This document shows, piece by piece, positions 9,193-16,865 of a stretch of DNA of 36,053 nucleotides (positions are counted from its first letter, which is position 1; every line of letters begins with the position of its first letter). The translations under genes were made by a program, and so were the position numbers. Source of the stretch: a virus (Duplodnaviria; Caudoviricetes); the IMG/VR virus record IMGVR_UViG_3300025035_000063, positions 1-36,053 of that record; one strand, written 5' to 3'. Below the pieces are notes generated by a model. That model made no database searches. It saw only the letters and a program-made list of their open reading frames with translations, and was not told the DNA's origin.

Positions 9193-10064
9193 TTTTTCTT
9201 TCCTTCTATTGCCTTCTGAATCTTGTCGGCATTGTTTAGGGTCCTCGCCGTGGTCTCCAGAGCTTTTTGGTCGTATATTTCACCCTCGATGTACGGGTCA
9301 GGGTCACGGAGACCCGCTTCTATCGCCGTGGACACCCCGACCAGCTTCGACAAGCTGGATGACATGGGGATGTGCCGATGGTACAGCGCATTTAACAGAG
9401 TTTTCAGATACATAGCCTCCGTATCCGTCACCCACGGGCCGACAAGTTTACCGCTTTTGTCTCGGGATTTTGACCTGTCCTTTACAGCATCGAGGTCTTG
9501 CCTCGACTTAACTTCATGGACTGTGCCACCCGTCATGAGTCGGCATATTGCATAGCCGCAGATCATCTCGCCACGCTCATCCTCATCGAGTATAGGGGTG
9601 TGGGCGATGTCCCAGTTCCGACCTGCCCGGTACTCGAACCGCTCGTTTTTGTATACCAGTCGAACATCTTCATCTTTTACTAGGCCCAGTTCATACCCCC
9701 TCTTCACCAGCCCACGGTATCCAGGCTGCCATTGAGCCGCGTAGCATCGTCTCGCCCTGTCCCAGTAGGGGACGAGATACGCTTCCCCTGCCGGGGTATT
9801 GGGGATTAGGCCCATTTCCCCGGAGTGCATGAACCCGGATAGCACTGAGGATATATCACACTCAAGCAGGCGGGGGGTATTGCGGCAAGCCCCCCAAAAC
9901 ACGAGTGCGAGTCTCTTCGCCTCTCGCGCCGGGTCACGCCCAGCGATGCCGGTGGGGAGCACCTGCGCGAGTTGATTCACGAAAGCTTCACCGGTCAGCT
10001 GCGATTTCACCGCTTCGGCCCTCGCGATCTGTGTAGTAGTTCCTCTCTTTTCTAGGTCAGTCAT
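9189..10064 (-). CDS. recT: RecT-family single-strand annealing protein
   Basis: TPRLLECD, GLIPN...GEAYLVPY, GYRGL, GPWVTDTEAMYLKT motifs. Confidence 0.92.
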   Translation of the reverse strand: MTDLEKRGTTTQIARAEAVKSQLTGEAFVNQLAQVLPTGIAGRDPAREAKRLALVFWGACRNTPRLLECDISSVLSGFMHSGEMGLIPNTPAGEAYLVPYWDRARRCYAAQWQPGYRGLVKRGYELGLVKDEDVRLVYKNERFEYRAGRNWDIAHTPILDEDERGEMICGYAICRLMTGGTVHEVKSRQDLDAVKDRSKSRDKSGKLVGPWVTDTEAMYLKTLLNALYHRHIPMSSSLSKLVGVSTAIEAGLRDPDPYIEGEIYDQKALETTARTLNNADKIQKAIEGKKK

Positions 10065-11004
10065 AGCTAGCCCCCTTGATTGTGCACGAGATGGAACGTG
10101 ACTGTCTCATGTAGCGGTTAGCGACCTCAGGCTCAGCGGACTTCAGGGCCTTCACATCTACCCGGTTGCTGACAAGCTCCTTTATCCGCACAAGTAGGTC
10201 ATCTCCTGAATACGTACCCGGCTTCAGGTCATTTTTCAGCATAGTCTTTATCTCGTCTTCTCTTGCTTTCGCAGCTGATGCGATCTTGCCCTGCTCCGCG
10301 CATTCGATGATGAGGTCCCGGTGAGAAGCGGGCAGTTCATCGTGTGCATCATCCTCTGCCACGGTCTGGCTGATGTCTATCCCCTGCCAGCATGTCATCC
10401 GATACCGGCACCGGCGGCACCTATCATCCGACCAGTCGAGGCGCTCCGGATCGCTCATTTCTTCGTTGAAATGTCTTGCCATAGCCACAATATCCGCCAT
10501 TGTTCCAACATCAACGGGAATCGTCACCGGGAACCCTTCCCACCCATCAGCAGAAAACATATACAGGACTGCGAAGTCGAGACCCGCCAGATATGCCCCA
10601 TACGCCGCCTGAGCCGAGTACGACGCCGGGATGCCCTCGGTCTTGTATTTCCGATAGACATACGACGCCGGGCATTTTATTTCGAGCGTGCCGCTCTCCC
10701 CGTCTATCTCTACTATCCCGTCCACATGCGCGATAGTGGGGCCGTCCCCCACCTCTTTTTGCCGGGAGTGTATCCGTATATGTGGGTATTCCTCCAGCAT
10801 ATTCTCAATCGCCAACGTCTCCAGCTTTGTGCCACGTGTCATCGCCCGCTCCATCTGTATGGTATACTCGTAATCCGGGTCTACGCCCGATTTTACATAC
10901 CATAATCTGCGTGGACATCCCCAGTCCAGCCCCAGCATATCCGGGATATCAGACCCCCCGATATACCCGATTCGGTTCATAGTGCTCTTTTTGTCTGTAC
11001 TCAT
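10057..11004 (-). CDS. YqaJ/lambda-type exonuclease
   Basis: RIGYIGGSD, RGTKLE, AHVDG, LEIK, YSAQ, CRRCRYRMTC; paired with recT. Confidence 0.9.
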   Translation of the reverse strand: MSTDKKSTMNRIGYIGGSDIPDMLGLDWGCPRRLWYVKSGVDPDYEYTIQMERAMTRGTKLETLAIENMLEEYPHIRIHSRQKEVGDGPTIAHVDGIVEIDGESGTLEIKCPASYVYRKYKTEGIPASYSAQAAYGAYLAGLDFAVLYMFSADGWEGFPVTIPVDVGTMADIVAMARHFNEEMSDPERLDWSDDRCRRCRYRMTCWQGIDISQTVAEDDAHDELPASHRDLIIECAEQGKIASAAKAREDEIKTMLKNDLKPGTYSGDDLLVRIKELVSNRVDVKALKSAEPEVANRYMRQSRSISCTIKGASYD

Positions 11005-11031
11005 ACTGTCCTCCCTTGTTTGTCATTATGG

Positions 11032-11364
11032 TCACCGTCCGCCGTCCTTGACGTAGCATATACCGCCGTCCTTGACGTAGCATATACCGCCGCGCTGCTC
11101 GTTGCTGCCGCCGTCGGATACTTCACATATACCGCCGCGCTGCTCGTTGCGACCACCTTTGTGTATCCAGCATTTCCCGCCGTGCTGGGTACTGCGCCCG
11201 CCGTCGTGAACCTCACACGTGCCGGCGTACTGCTCATTGATGCCGCCGTTCTGCACGTTGCATGCGCCGCCGTGCTGGGTGACTGAGACGCCGTCTACTA
11301 CCCAGTCGCCTGCTTTGATGACCTGGCCATCCTTGGCCCTGCTCCAGCAATTTTTGCTATTCAT
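11032..11364 (-). CDS. 15-aa repeat protein C (5 units plus a half unit)
   Basis: GGAGGT RBS and own promoter; GGxNEQxGGxCxVxx repeats. Confidence 0.75.
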   Translation of the reverse strand: MNSKNCWSRAKDGQVIKAGDWVVDGVSVTQHGGACNVQNGGINEQYAGTCEVHDGGRSTQHGGKCWIHKGGRNEQRGGICEVSDGGSNEQRGGICYVKDGGICYVKDGGR

Positions 11365-11388
11365 TGGTACCTCCTATGTTAGATCCAT

Positions 11389-11417
11389 AATATATGACGC
11401 TTGTAGCGACATGTCAA
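11389..11417 (-). promoter_or_regulatory. Leftward sigma70-type promoter (repeat C, exo, recT, replication operon)
   Basis: TTGACA-17 nt-TATATT on the minus strand. Confidence 0.8.
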
Positions 11418-11449
11418 GGGAAAATATCGCTTTTGTAAAAAAAAATATG

Positions 11450-11477
11450 TTGCGAACCCGGGTAAAGGTGCTATACT
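11450..11477 (+). promoter_or_regulatory. Rightward promoter for the cro-like gene
   Basis: TTGCGA-16 nt-TATACT with extended TG and an upstream A9 tract. Confidence 0.65.
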
Positions 11478-11498
11478 GTATTGCAGGAGGAGGTGATC

Positions 11499-11723
11499 AT
11501 GGAATTAAAAGAATATTGCAAGAAAATCGGGTTTAAAAATATGAAACAATCAGCGCGGTTGGTATCTAACGCAATCGGCAAGGAGATGCCATACACTACA
11601 TTCCGTGCATACGCCTGTGGGGCGCGGAAGATGCGCTGGGAGACCGCCGTGCTGATCAGCAGGTGGAGTGGCGGGGCTGTCTCTATGGCAGACCTTGGCT
11701 ATGACATGGACGCGGTCGAGTAG
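11499..11723 (+). CDS. Cro-like HTH regulator
   Basis: MELKEY start, GARKMRWETAVLISRWSGGAVSMADL C-terminus typical of Cro/YdaS-like proteins; strong RBS GGAGGAGGTG. Confidence 0.75.
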   Translation: MELKEYCKKIGFKNMKQSARLVSNAIGKEMPYTTFRAYACGARKMRWETAVLISRWSGGAVSMADLGYDMDAVE

Positions 11724-12116
11724 ATGGAGGCCTTCACCGGGCTGTACAGACTATCCTACATCGTGACGGGTGTCGGGCGCGAACATCTCCCACCATGGTG
11801 GATGCGTGGGAGCTCACCAACTATGTACTATTTTGTGCAAAGGCAGAAGCGCCTGAGGATCATTAAAGTTGTGGTGCCGGATAAAGTCCATGTGGCCGTG
11901 CTCTCCAAACTTAGCTGTGGAAAACTGTGCTACGTAGTGGGGATATTGCTTGGCTCGTATCGTATCCCAGTCGCCCACTCCATCCAGCCCCTGGATGACC
12001 TCGCCTCGATGGAAGACGCTGCCGCTATCAGGGACGACAGAGGGGCAGGGCTGTTCATCCACAGATGGGCACCCGATAGCGGAAGTGTAGTCATAGGGGA
12101 CGAAGGGCGGCATTGA
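11724..12116 (+). CDS. Hypothetical protein, possible OB-fold
   Basis: Abuts the cro-like stop; VVVPDKVHVAVLSKLSCGKLCYVVGIL resembles an SSB-type OB segment. Confidence 0.5.
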   Translation: MEAFTGLYRLSYIVTGVGREHLPPWWMRGSSPTMYYFVQRQKRLRIIKVVVPDKVHVAVLSKLSCGKLCYVVGILLGSYRIPVAHSIQPLDDLASMEDAAAIRDDRGAGLFIHRWAPDSGSVVIGDEGRH

Positions 12117-12141
12117 TTGCCGCCCTCTTTCGCTCTTGCAT

Positions 12142-13290
12142 TCATCGCCTGTCGTCGTTGCGTCCGCCGCTCCGCACCTCACAAGTTCCGCCGTGCTGGG
12201 TACTGCGCCCGCCGTCGTGCACCTCACACGTGCCGGCGTGCTGCTCGTTGCTGCCGCCGTAGTGCACGTTACACATTCCGCCGTACTGCTCATTGATGCC
12301 GTCTTTGTAGACCCAGCACCGCCCGCCGTGCTGCTCGTTGCGACCACCGTTCTTGACGTAGCACGTGCCGGCGTACTGCTCATTGGTGCCGCCGCTCCAC
12401 ACCTCACATATACCGCCGCGCTGCTCGTTGCGCCCGCCTTCGAAGACATCACACGCTCCACCTTGTTGCTCATTGACGCCGCCGTTGTATACCCAGCACG
12501 TGCCGGCGTGCTGGGTACTGCGCCCGCCGTCGTACACATCACACCGTCCGCCGTCCTTGACGTAGCATATACCGCCGTCCTTGACGTAGCATATACCGCC
12601 GCGCTGCTCGTTGCTGCCGCCGTCGGATACTTCACATATACCGCCGCGCTGCTCGTTGCGACCACCGTCGTGGGCGTAGCACTTGCCAGCGTGCTGGGTA
12701 CTGTGCCCGCCGTCGTGGGCGAAGCATATTCCGTCGTGCTGCTCGTTGATGCCGCCCTTGAAGACCTCACACGCTCCGCCTTGTTGCTCATTGACGCCGT
12801 CTTTGTATACCCAGCACGTGCCGGCGCGCTGCTCGACATGCCCACCAGTGAGCACGTAGCACTCCCCACCGTGCTGGGTGACCCCGCCGACGCGAACAAT
12901 CACCCGGCCACTGTCTACATCTTCACCCTCACGGGCCACGGAGAACCCGAACCGGGGGAAAAAGTCATCTGGTATATCCTCATCTGCAGCGATGAGGCGG
13001 TAGCTACTGACGCAGATTTGATTCCGATCAATCATCACCCTGTCGCCCCGCCACTCGCATAGCTCGATGGTGGGACGTCTCAAGAGGCCAAGTTCATTGG
13101 CTTCTTCGTCTATTCCGAAAACCCCTCCGCATGCCTCGCGATCGGGTGTGCCTGTCCAGTCCGTTGAGTCGTTCCAGATGCCGACCCGGGTTCGCATGAA
13201 GCCCCCATATGAGACCCCCCGCTCACTCGCCCGAAGAAAGAGCCTGTCAGGGTTGACCCGGTACCTGCCTATCTTAGTCAGTTCGTGCAT
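12142..13290 (-). CDS. 15-aa repeat protein B with N-terminal globular (DUF7666-like) domain
   Basis: GGAG RBS (ATG 13296 or 13290); ~120-aa unique domain then 15 full and 2 half repeat units. Confidence 0.8.
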   Translation of the reverse strand: MHELTKIGRYRVNPDRLFLRASERGVSYGGFMRTRVGIWNDSTDWTGTPDREACGGVFGIDEEANELGLLRRPTIELCEWRGDRVMIDRNQICVSSYRLIAADEDIPDDFFPRFGFSVAREGEDVDSGRVIVRVGGVTQHGGECYVLTGGHVEQRAGTCWVYKDGVNEQQGGACEVFKGGINEQHDGICFAHDGGHSTQHAGKCYAHDGGRNEQRGGICEVSDGGSNEQRGGICYVKDGGICYVKDGGRCDVYDGGRSTQHAGTCWVYNGGVNEQQGGACDVFEGGRNEQRGGICEVWSGGTNEQYAGTCYVKNGGRNEQHGGRCWVYKDGINEQYGGMCNVHYGGSNEQHAGTCEVHDGGRSTQHGGTCEVRSGGRNDDRR

Positions 13291-13299
13291 TTCCATCTC

Positions 13300-13362
13300 C
13301 TATATGAGAAAAAAGATTAATATTATTAATATCGCTAATAACAGCCGCGTTGCCGTTCTCAT
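13300..13362 (-). CDS. 20-aa hydrophobic peptide MRTATRLLLAILIILIFFLI
   Basis: ATGA-coupled to the upstream 51-aa ORF; its TAG abuts the RBS of repeat gene B; below the ORF-track cutoff. Confidence 0.5.
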   Translation of the reverse strand: MRTATRLLLAILIILIFFLI

Positions 13363-13514
13363 TTGCCGCGCCCGACCGGGCTGACGGCAATCAATACCCC
13401 CCTGACCGACCGCGCTTGTCTTGCGGCGTCAGCCCGGTCTGACACGTACCACCGTTCCCGGACAAGCTTCACCCGCCCGGCGGACATGATAGCTCTTTCA
13501 ATTACTGCCAACAT
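13359..13514 (-). CDS. 51-aa basic hypothetical protein
   Basis: AGGAGGTG RBS; MLAVIERAIMSAGRVKLVRERWYV...GRGK; fills the gap between repeat genes A and B. Confidence 0.6.
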   Translation of the reverse strand: MLAVIERAIMSAGRVKLVRERWYVSDRADAARQARSVRGVLIAVSPVGRGK

Positions 13515-13520
13515 CTCAAT

Positions 13521-14165
13521 TCACCTCCTGTTAAAGTATCCACCGCTGAGCACATGGCACTGGCCGCCGTGCTGCTCATCGTATCCGGCTTTCAACACAT
13601 GGCACTCGCCGCCGTACTGCTCATTTTCGGCGTCCTCAAGGACGTAGCACGTGCCGGCGTACTGCTCATTGATGCCGCCGGCGTGAACCTCACATATACC
13701 GCCGCGCTGCTCGTTGTCGCCGTCTTTTAAAACGTAGCACTCGCCGCCGTACTGCTGATTGGTCCCGCCATCAATGACGGTGCACCATCTGCCGCCGTGC
13801 TGCTTATTGCTGCCGCAGTCGGATACCTCACACGTGCCGCCGTGCTGCTCGTTGATGCCGCCGTAGTACACGTAGCACGCTCCGCCGTGCTGCTCGTTGA
13901 TGCCGTCTTCGAGGACGTGGCTTATACCGTCGTACTGCTTGTTGTGCCCGCCGGAGTGAAGCTCACACTCCCCGGCGTGCTGCTCGTTGATGCCGCCGTT
14001 CTGCACGTAACACCGCCCTCCGTACTGGTCGTTGCGTGCGCCAAACAACACCTCACACGTGCCGCCGCGCTGGGTGACTGAGACGCCAGCCGCTACCCAG
14101 TCGCCTGCTTTGATGACCTGGCCATCTTGCGCCATTTCTCGAGAATTTTCAATGAAATTTGTCAT
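13521..14165 (-). CDS. 15-aa repeat protein A (12 units)
   Basis: AAGGAGGT RBS and own promoter; same repeat and N-cap as protein C. Confidence 0.8.
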   Translation of the reverse strand: MTNFIENSREMAQDGQVIKAGDWVAAGVSVTQRGGTCEVLFGARNDQYGGRCYVQNGGINEQHAGECELHSGGHNKQYDGISHVLEDGINEQHGGACYVYYGGINEQHGGTCEVSDCGSNKQHGGRWCTVIDGGTNQQYGGECYVLKDGDNEQRGGICEVHAGGINEQYAGTCYVLEDAENEQYGGECHVLKAGYDEQHGGQCHVLSGGYFNRR

Positions 14166-14182
14166 GGCTACCTCCTTCTAAT

Positions 14183-14211
14183 AATATAGCTCAGTGTTTA
14201 CTGTTTGTCAA
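14183..14211 (-). promoter_or_regulatory. Leftward sigma70-type early promoter
   Basis: TTGACA-17 nt-TATATT on the minus strand; the -35 lies inside the palindrome ACTGTT-N4-AACAGT (14200-14215). Confidence 0.8.
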
Positions 14212-14292
14212 CAGTTTTTTCGATATTATTACACTTTTTTTTATCTCTTGTGTTCTTCTGCTCCTTCTTCTTTTTCTGTTCCTGATGCCCGG

Positions 14293-14430
14293 ATGATTGG
14301 GGTAATCAGTAGGGGAATGATTAGGGGAATGATTAGGGGAATGATTAGGGGAATGATTAGGGGAATCATTATGGGAATGATTAGGGGAATCATTATGGGA
14401 ATCATTATGGGAATCATTGGGGGAATGATC
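14293..14430. repeat. Non-coding 12-bp tandem array homologous to the initiator-gene repeats
   Basis: 11 units of ATGATTAGGGGA / ATCATTATGGGA / ATGATTGGGGTA. Confidence 0.9.
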
Positions 14431-14496
14431 TAAGTGCCTGATATACCATTAGTTGCGGCACCGTTTAGGGTATATCACCACGTTTTTAGGTGCTTT

Positions 14497-15000
14497 AAAG
14501 AGACAGAGAAAGAGAAAGAGAAGCAGAAAGAGACAGAGAAAGAGAAAGAGAAGCAGAAAGAGAAAGAGAAAGAGAAAGAGAAAGAGAAAGAGAAAGAGAA
14601 AGAAAAGCGCGTGGTAAGAAAAAAGAAAGTTGGAGAGAAGGAGAGGAGAGGGAGAGAAGGAGAGGAGAGGGAGAAGGAGAGAAGGAGAGAAGAAGAAAGA
14701 CAGTCTCTTATATCTTTGAGAGAAGGTATATCTGAGAAGAGATACAGAGAGAGAGGGGGAGAGAGAGGGAGGGAGAGGGAGAGGGAGAGAGCACGCCTCC
14801 CCCTCTTTTTCTTCTCTCCTCTTCTCCCACTCCACCCCTCTGGAAGGAGACCCCTTCCCACATCTTCCCTGGCCCGCCGTGAGAGAGTGAGAGCGCCCCT
14901 GTCTTGGACCCCCTTCCCGATCCTCAGACAGAGAATTAACACCCCCCCCCCATGGCCCCGTCCCTCTCTTCCCCTATGTATTGACCCCCTCCCCAACACA
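14497..15000. repeat. Polypurine tract (AAAGAG array, GA-rich) followed by a pyrimidine-rich tract
   Basis: AAAGAG repeats 14497-14606, GA-rich to ~14790, then CT-rich to ~15000 including C10 at 14942-14951. Confidence 0.85.
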
Positions 15001-15010
15001 CAGTAATTTA

Positions 15011-15039
15011 TTGACACAGAGCCCATCAGGCCCTATACT
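15011..15039 (+). promoter_or_regulatory. Rightward sigma70-type promoter 1
   Basis: TTGACA-17 nt-TATACT. Confidence 0.75.
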
Positions 15040-15094
15040 CTCAATACCCCCCTTACCCCCGATTGGCCTCGTGGAGAGATTCACGGGGCCTTTC

Positions 15095-15123
15095 TTGACA
15101 TTACGGGATGGGTGGGTTATATT
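15095..15123 (+). promoter_or_regulatory. Rightward sigma70-type promoter 2
   Basis: TTGACA-17 nt-TATATT. Confidence 0.75.
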
Positions 15124-15132
15124 CTGCGTGAG

Positions 15133-16860
15133 ATGGCAAACAAATCACTCGGTCGCGAAACAATGATACTCACGAGGCGAAAATGGGTGGGACGTGACCC
15201 GTCGGACATCCTGCTTACCCTGCGCGACTCGCATGAGCCCTTACTTCGCAAGCTGATTGAGAGTGCTCCCTTCGCTTTATACCGGGAGCAGTTCAGGTTC
15301 GGGCCGGATACCGGATGGGCGTGGGCGCTGCGGTGGATGATTGAGAATCGGCTTGTGTTCCTGCTCAAAGAGGTCATGGGCATGGATTGGATGGGTGATT
15401 TCCACATACACGGAGAGACGGGCATGCTCAGGATGTACGAGAAGGCACAGTCCTGCGGCAGATATAACCGTATCCTGTCCATGTGGCCCCGCGGCTATGG
15501 TAAGAGCACCTACCTGACAGTTGGCGGTACTATTCAGCGCATCCTGAAGAATCCGGAGATGCGTGTTGGTATTGGCAGCTGGCGTGTTGACCTCGCAGAG
15601 AAGTTTGTATTCGCCATCTCGGAAGAGCTTATGGGGAATGACATTATCCGTGAGCTATACCCCGATGTCATATGGGATTCCCCGAAGCAGTCACCCCGGT
15701 GGACGGTGCAGAAGGGCCTTCAGGTGATTCGCAAATCACGGGATAAAGACCCGTCCATTATGCCATTCTCGATATTTAACCTGCCAACCGGTTCGCATAT
15801 GCATATCCTCTGCCTCGATGACATTGTCACACTGGAGAACGCGGATTCCGACGCCATGCAGAGGCAGGTTGACACCGCACTAAAGAACGTTTCCAACTTC
15901 CTCACCTCACCCCATGACCCAATCCACTGGACAGGTACGACTTACGGGTTCAACGACGCTGTGAATAAGGCGAAAGAGGACAGGAATTGGCTTCTCCTGT
16001 TCCGCAACTGCTGGGAGCCGGGCCTTGCCTGGAAGAAGGCGTCATACCCGGAACGCTATGACATCCCGGAGCTGACTCAGAAGTACAAGGAGGATGGCCC
16101 GTACTCATTCGCCGCCAATATGGAGCTTACCCCCGTCATCGATTCCGACCGCACATTAAGGGCCGAATGGCTGACCGAGGTAAAATACGTTCCGCCTGAT
16201 ATTGACCTGTACATGGGCGTTGACCTCGCCTTTACGTCCGGTAAGAATTCCGACCGCTCAGCTATCCTTGTCGCCGGTATCACCCCATCGAGAACGAAGC
16301 TGTACCTCGTTGACGGTATCGTGTTGAAGGCCGGTATCGAGGAGGTAATCCAATATCTGGTGTCTCTCGGTAAACAATACCAACATAAGATAATTATGGC
16401 AGGTATCGAGCTGATTTCAGGGGCGCAGGGTATTGAGCCATCCATAAGGCAGGCCCTCATCGAGGCGAATGTTCCGCTCCCCATCACGGTTATCAAGGGC
16501 TATAGCCAGACCACACCAACGAAGAATGTCAGGATAGAATCCTTTCTCGCCCCAATCATGTCACGGGGCGATATCGTCCTGACAAGACAGTTCAAGGACG
16601 CCCACCCCGATATGGAGCTCCGTGTTTATCCGGAGCTGATACAGGAGATTAACCAGTTCAAGCGGAAGGGCCATGACGACATCCTCGACGCCATTGTTGA
16701 CATCCTTATGGTGTGCCCTCCCCTCGGTAACCACCCTGAAAAATATAAAATAAACGAGAAAAGAATTGACAGAAAGGATTTTTTGCGCATATTATCGTCA
16801 AAGGGGCATAAAAAACCCATTAAGCCAGCGCGACATAGCGTGTCAGGGCGTTGGAGGTAG
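15133..16860 (+). CDS. terL: Terminase large subunit
   Basis: Walker A PRGYGKST, Walker B ILCLDD, TGT coupling motif, nuclease GVDLA...SD and HDDILDA; start uncertain (15133 or 15163). Confidence 0.93.
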   Translation: MANKSLGRETMILTRRKWVGRDPSDILLTLRDSHEPLLRKLIESAPFALYREQFRFGPDTGWAWALRWMIENRLVFLLKEVMGMDWMGDFHIHGETGMLRMYEKAQSCGRYNRILSMWPRGYGKSTYLTVGGTIQRILKNPEMRVGIGSWRVDLAEKFVFAISEELMGNDIIRELYPDVIWDSPKQSPRWTVQKGLQVIRKSRDKDPSIMPFSIFNLPTGSHMHILCLDDIVTLENADSDAMQRQVDTALKNVSNFLTSPHDPIHWTGTTYGFNDAVNKAKEDRNWLLLFRNCWEPGLAWKKASYPERYDIPELTQKYKEDGPYSFAANMELTPVIDSDRTLRAEWLTEVKYVPPDIDLYMGVDLAFTSGKNSDRSAILVAGITPSRTKLYLVDGIVLKAGIEEVIQYLVSLGKQYQHKIIMAGIELISGAQGIEPSIRQALIEANVPLPITVIKGYSQTTPTKNVRIESFLAPIMSRGDIVLTRQFKDAHPDMELRVYPELIQEINQFKRKGHDDILDAIVDILMVCPPLGNHPEKYKINEKRIDRKDFLRILSSKGHKKPIKPARHSVSGRWR

Positions 16861-16865
16861 CAAAT

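Larger units (their letters stand above)
11033..12666. repeat. Perfect 125-bp direct repeat (11033-11157 and 12542-12666)
   Basis: Identical from CACCGTCCGCCGTCCTTGACG to GTTGCGACCACC at both places. Confidence 0.9.

Noticed and set aside
12136-13062. Plus-strand hydrophobic repeat ORF, plus alternative-frame ORFs 11814-12899 and 11001-11237
   Set aside because: Shadows of the GC-rich repeat; RBS, promoters and operon direction support the GGxNEQ frame on the minus strand
11032-14165. Diversity-generating retroelement (TR/VR pairs)
   Set aside because: No reverse transcriptase in the window, and differences between units are not confined to adenines
14293-14430. CRISPR array or true telomere
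   Set aside because: The 12-bp units abut with no spacers; the TTAGGG similarity comes from variants of the rep-gene unit, and the array is internal
14434-15026. 190-aa KE/RE-rich ORF and its antisense ORFs as real genes or terS
   Set aside because: Purine-only or pyrimidine-only DNA lacks stops by composition; no RBS; upstream of the rightward promoters. Not fully excluded
15112-15132. GTG 15112 as the terminase start
   Set aside because: It lies inside the spacer of promoter 2 and has no SD
16766-16795. Internal promoter for the portal (TTGACA...CATATT/TATTAT)
   Set aside because: Spacing of 16 or 18 nt with a weaker -10 inside coding sequence; plausible but not enough to call
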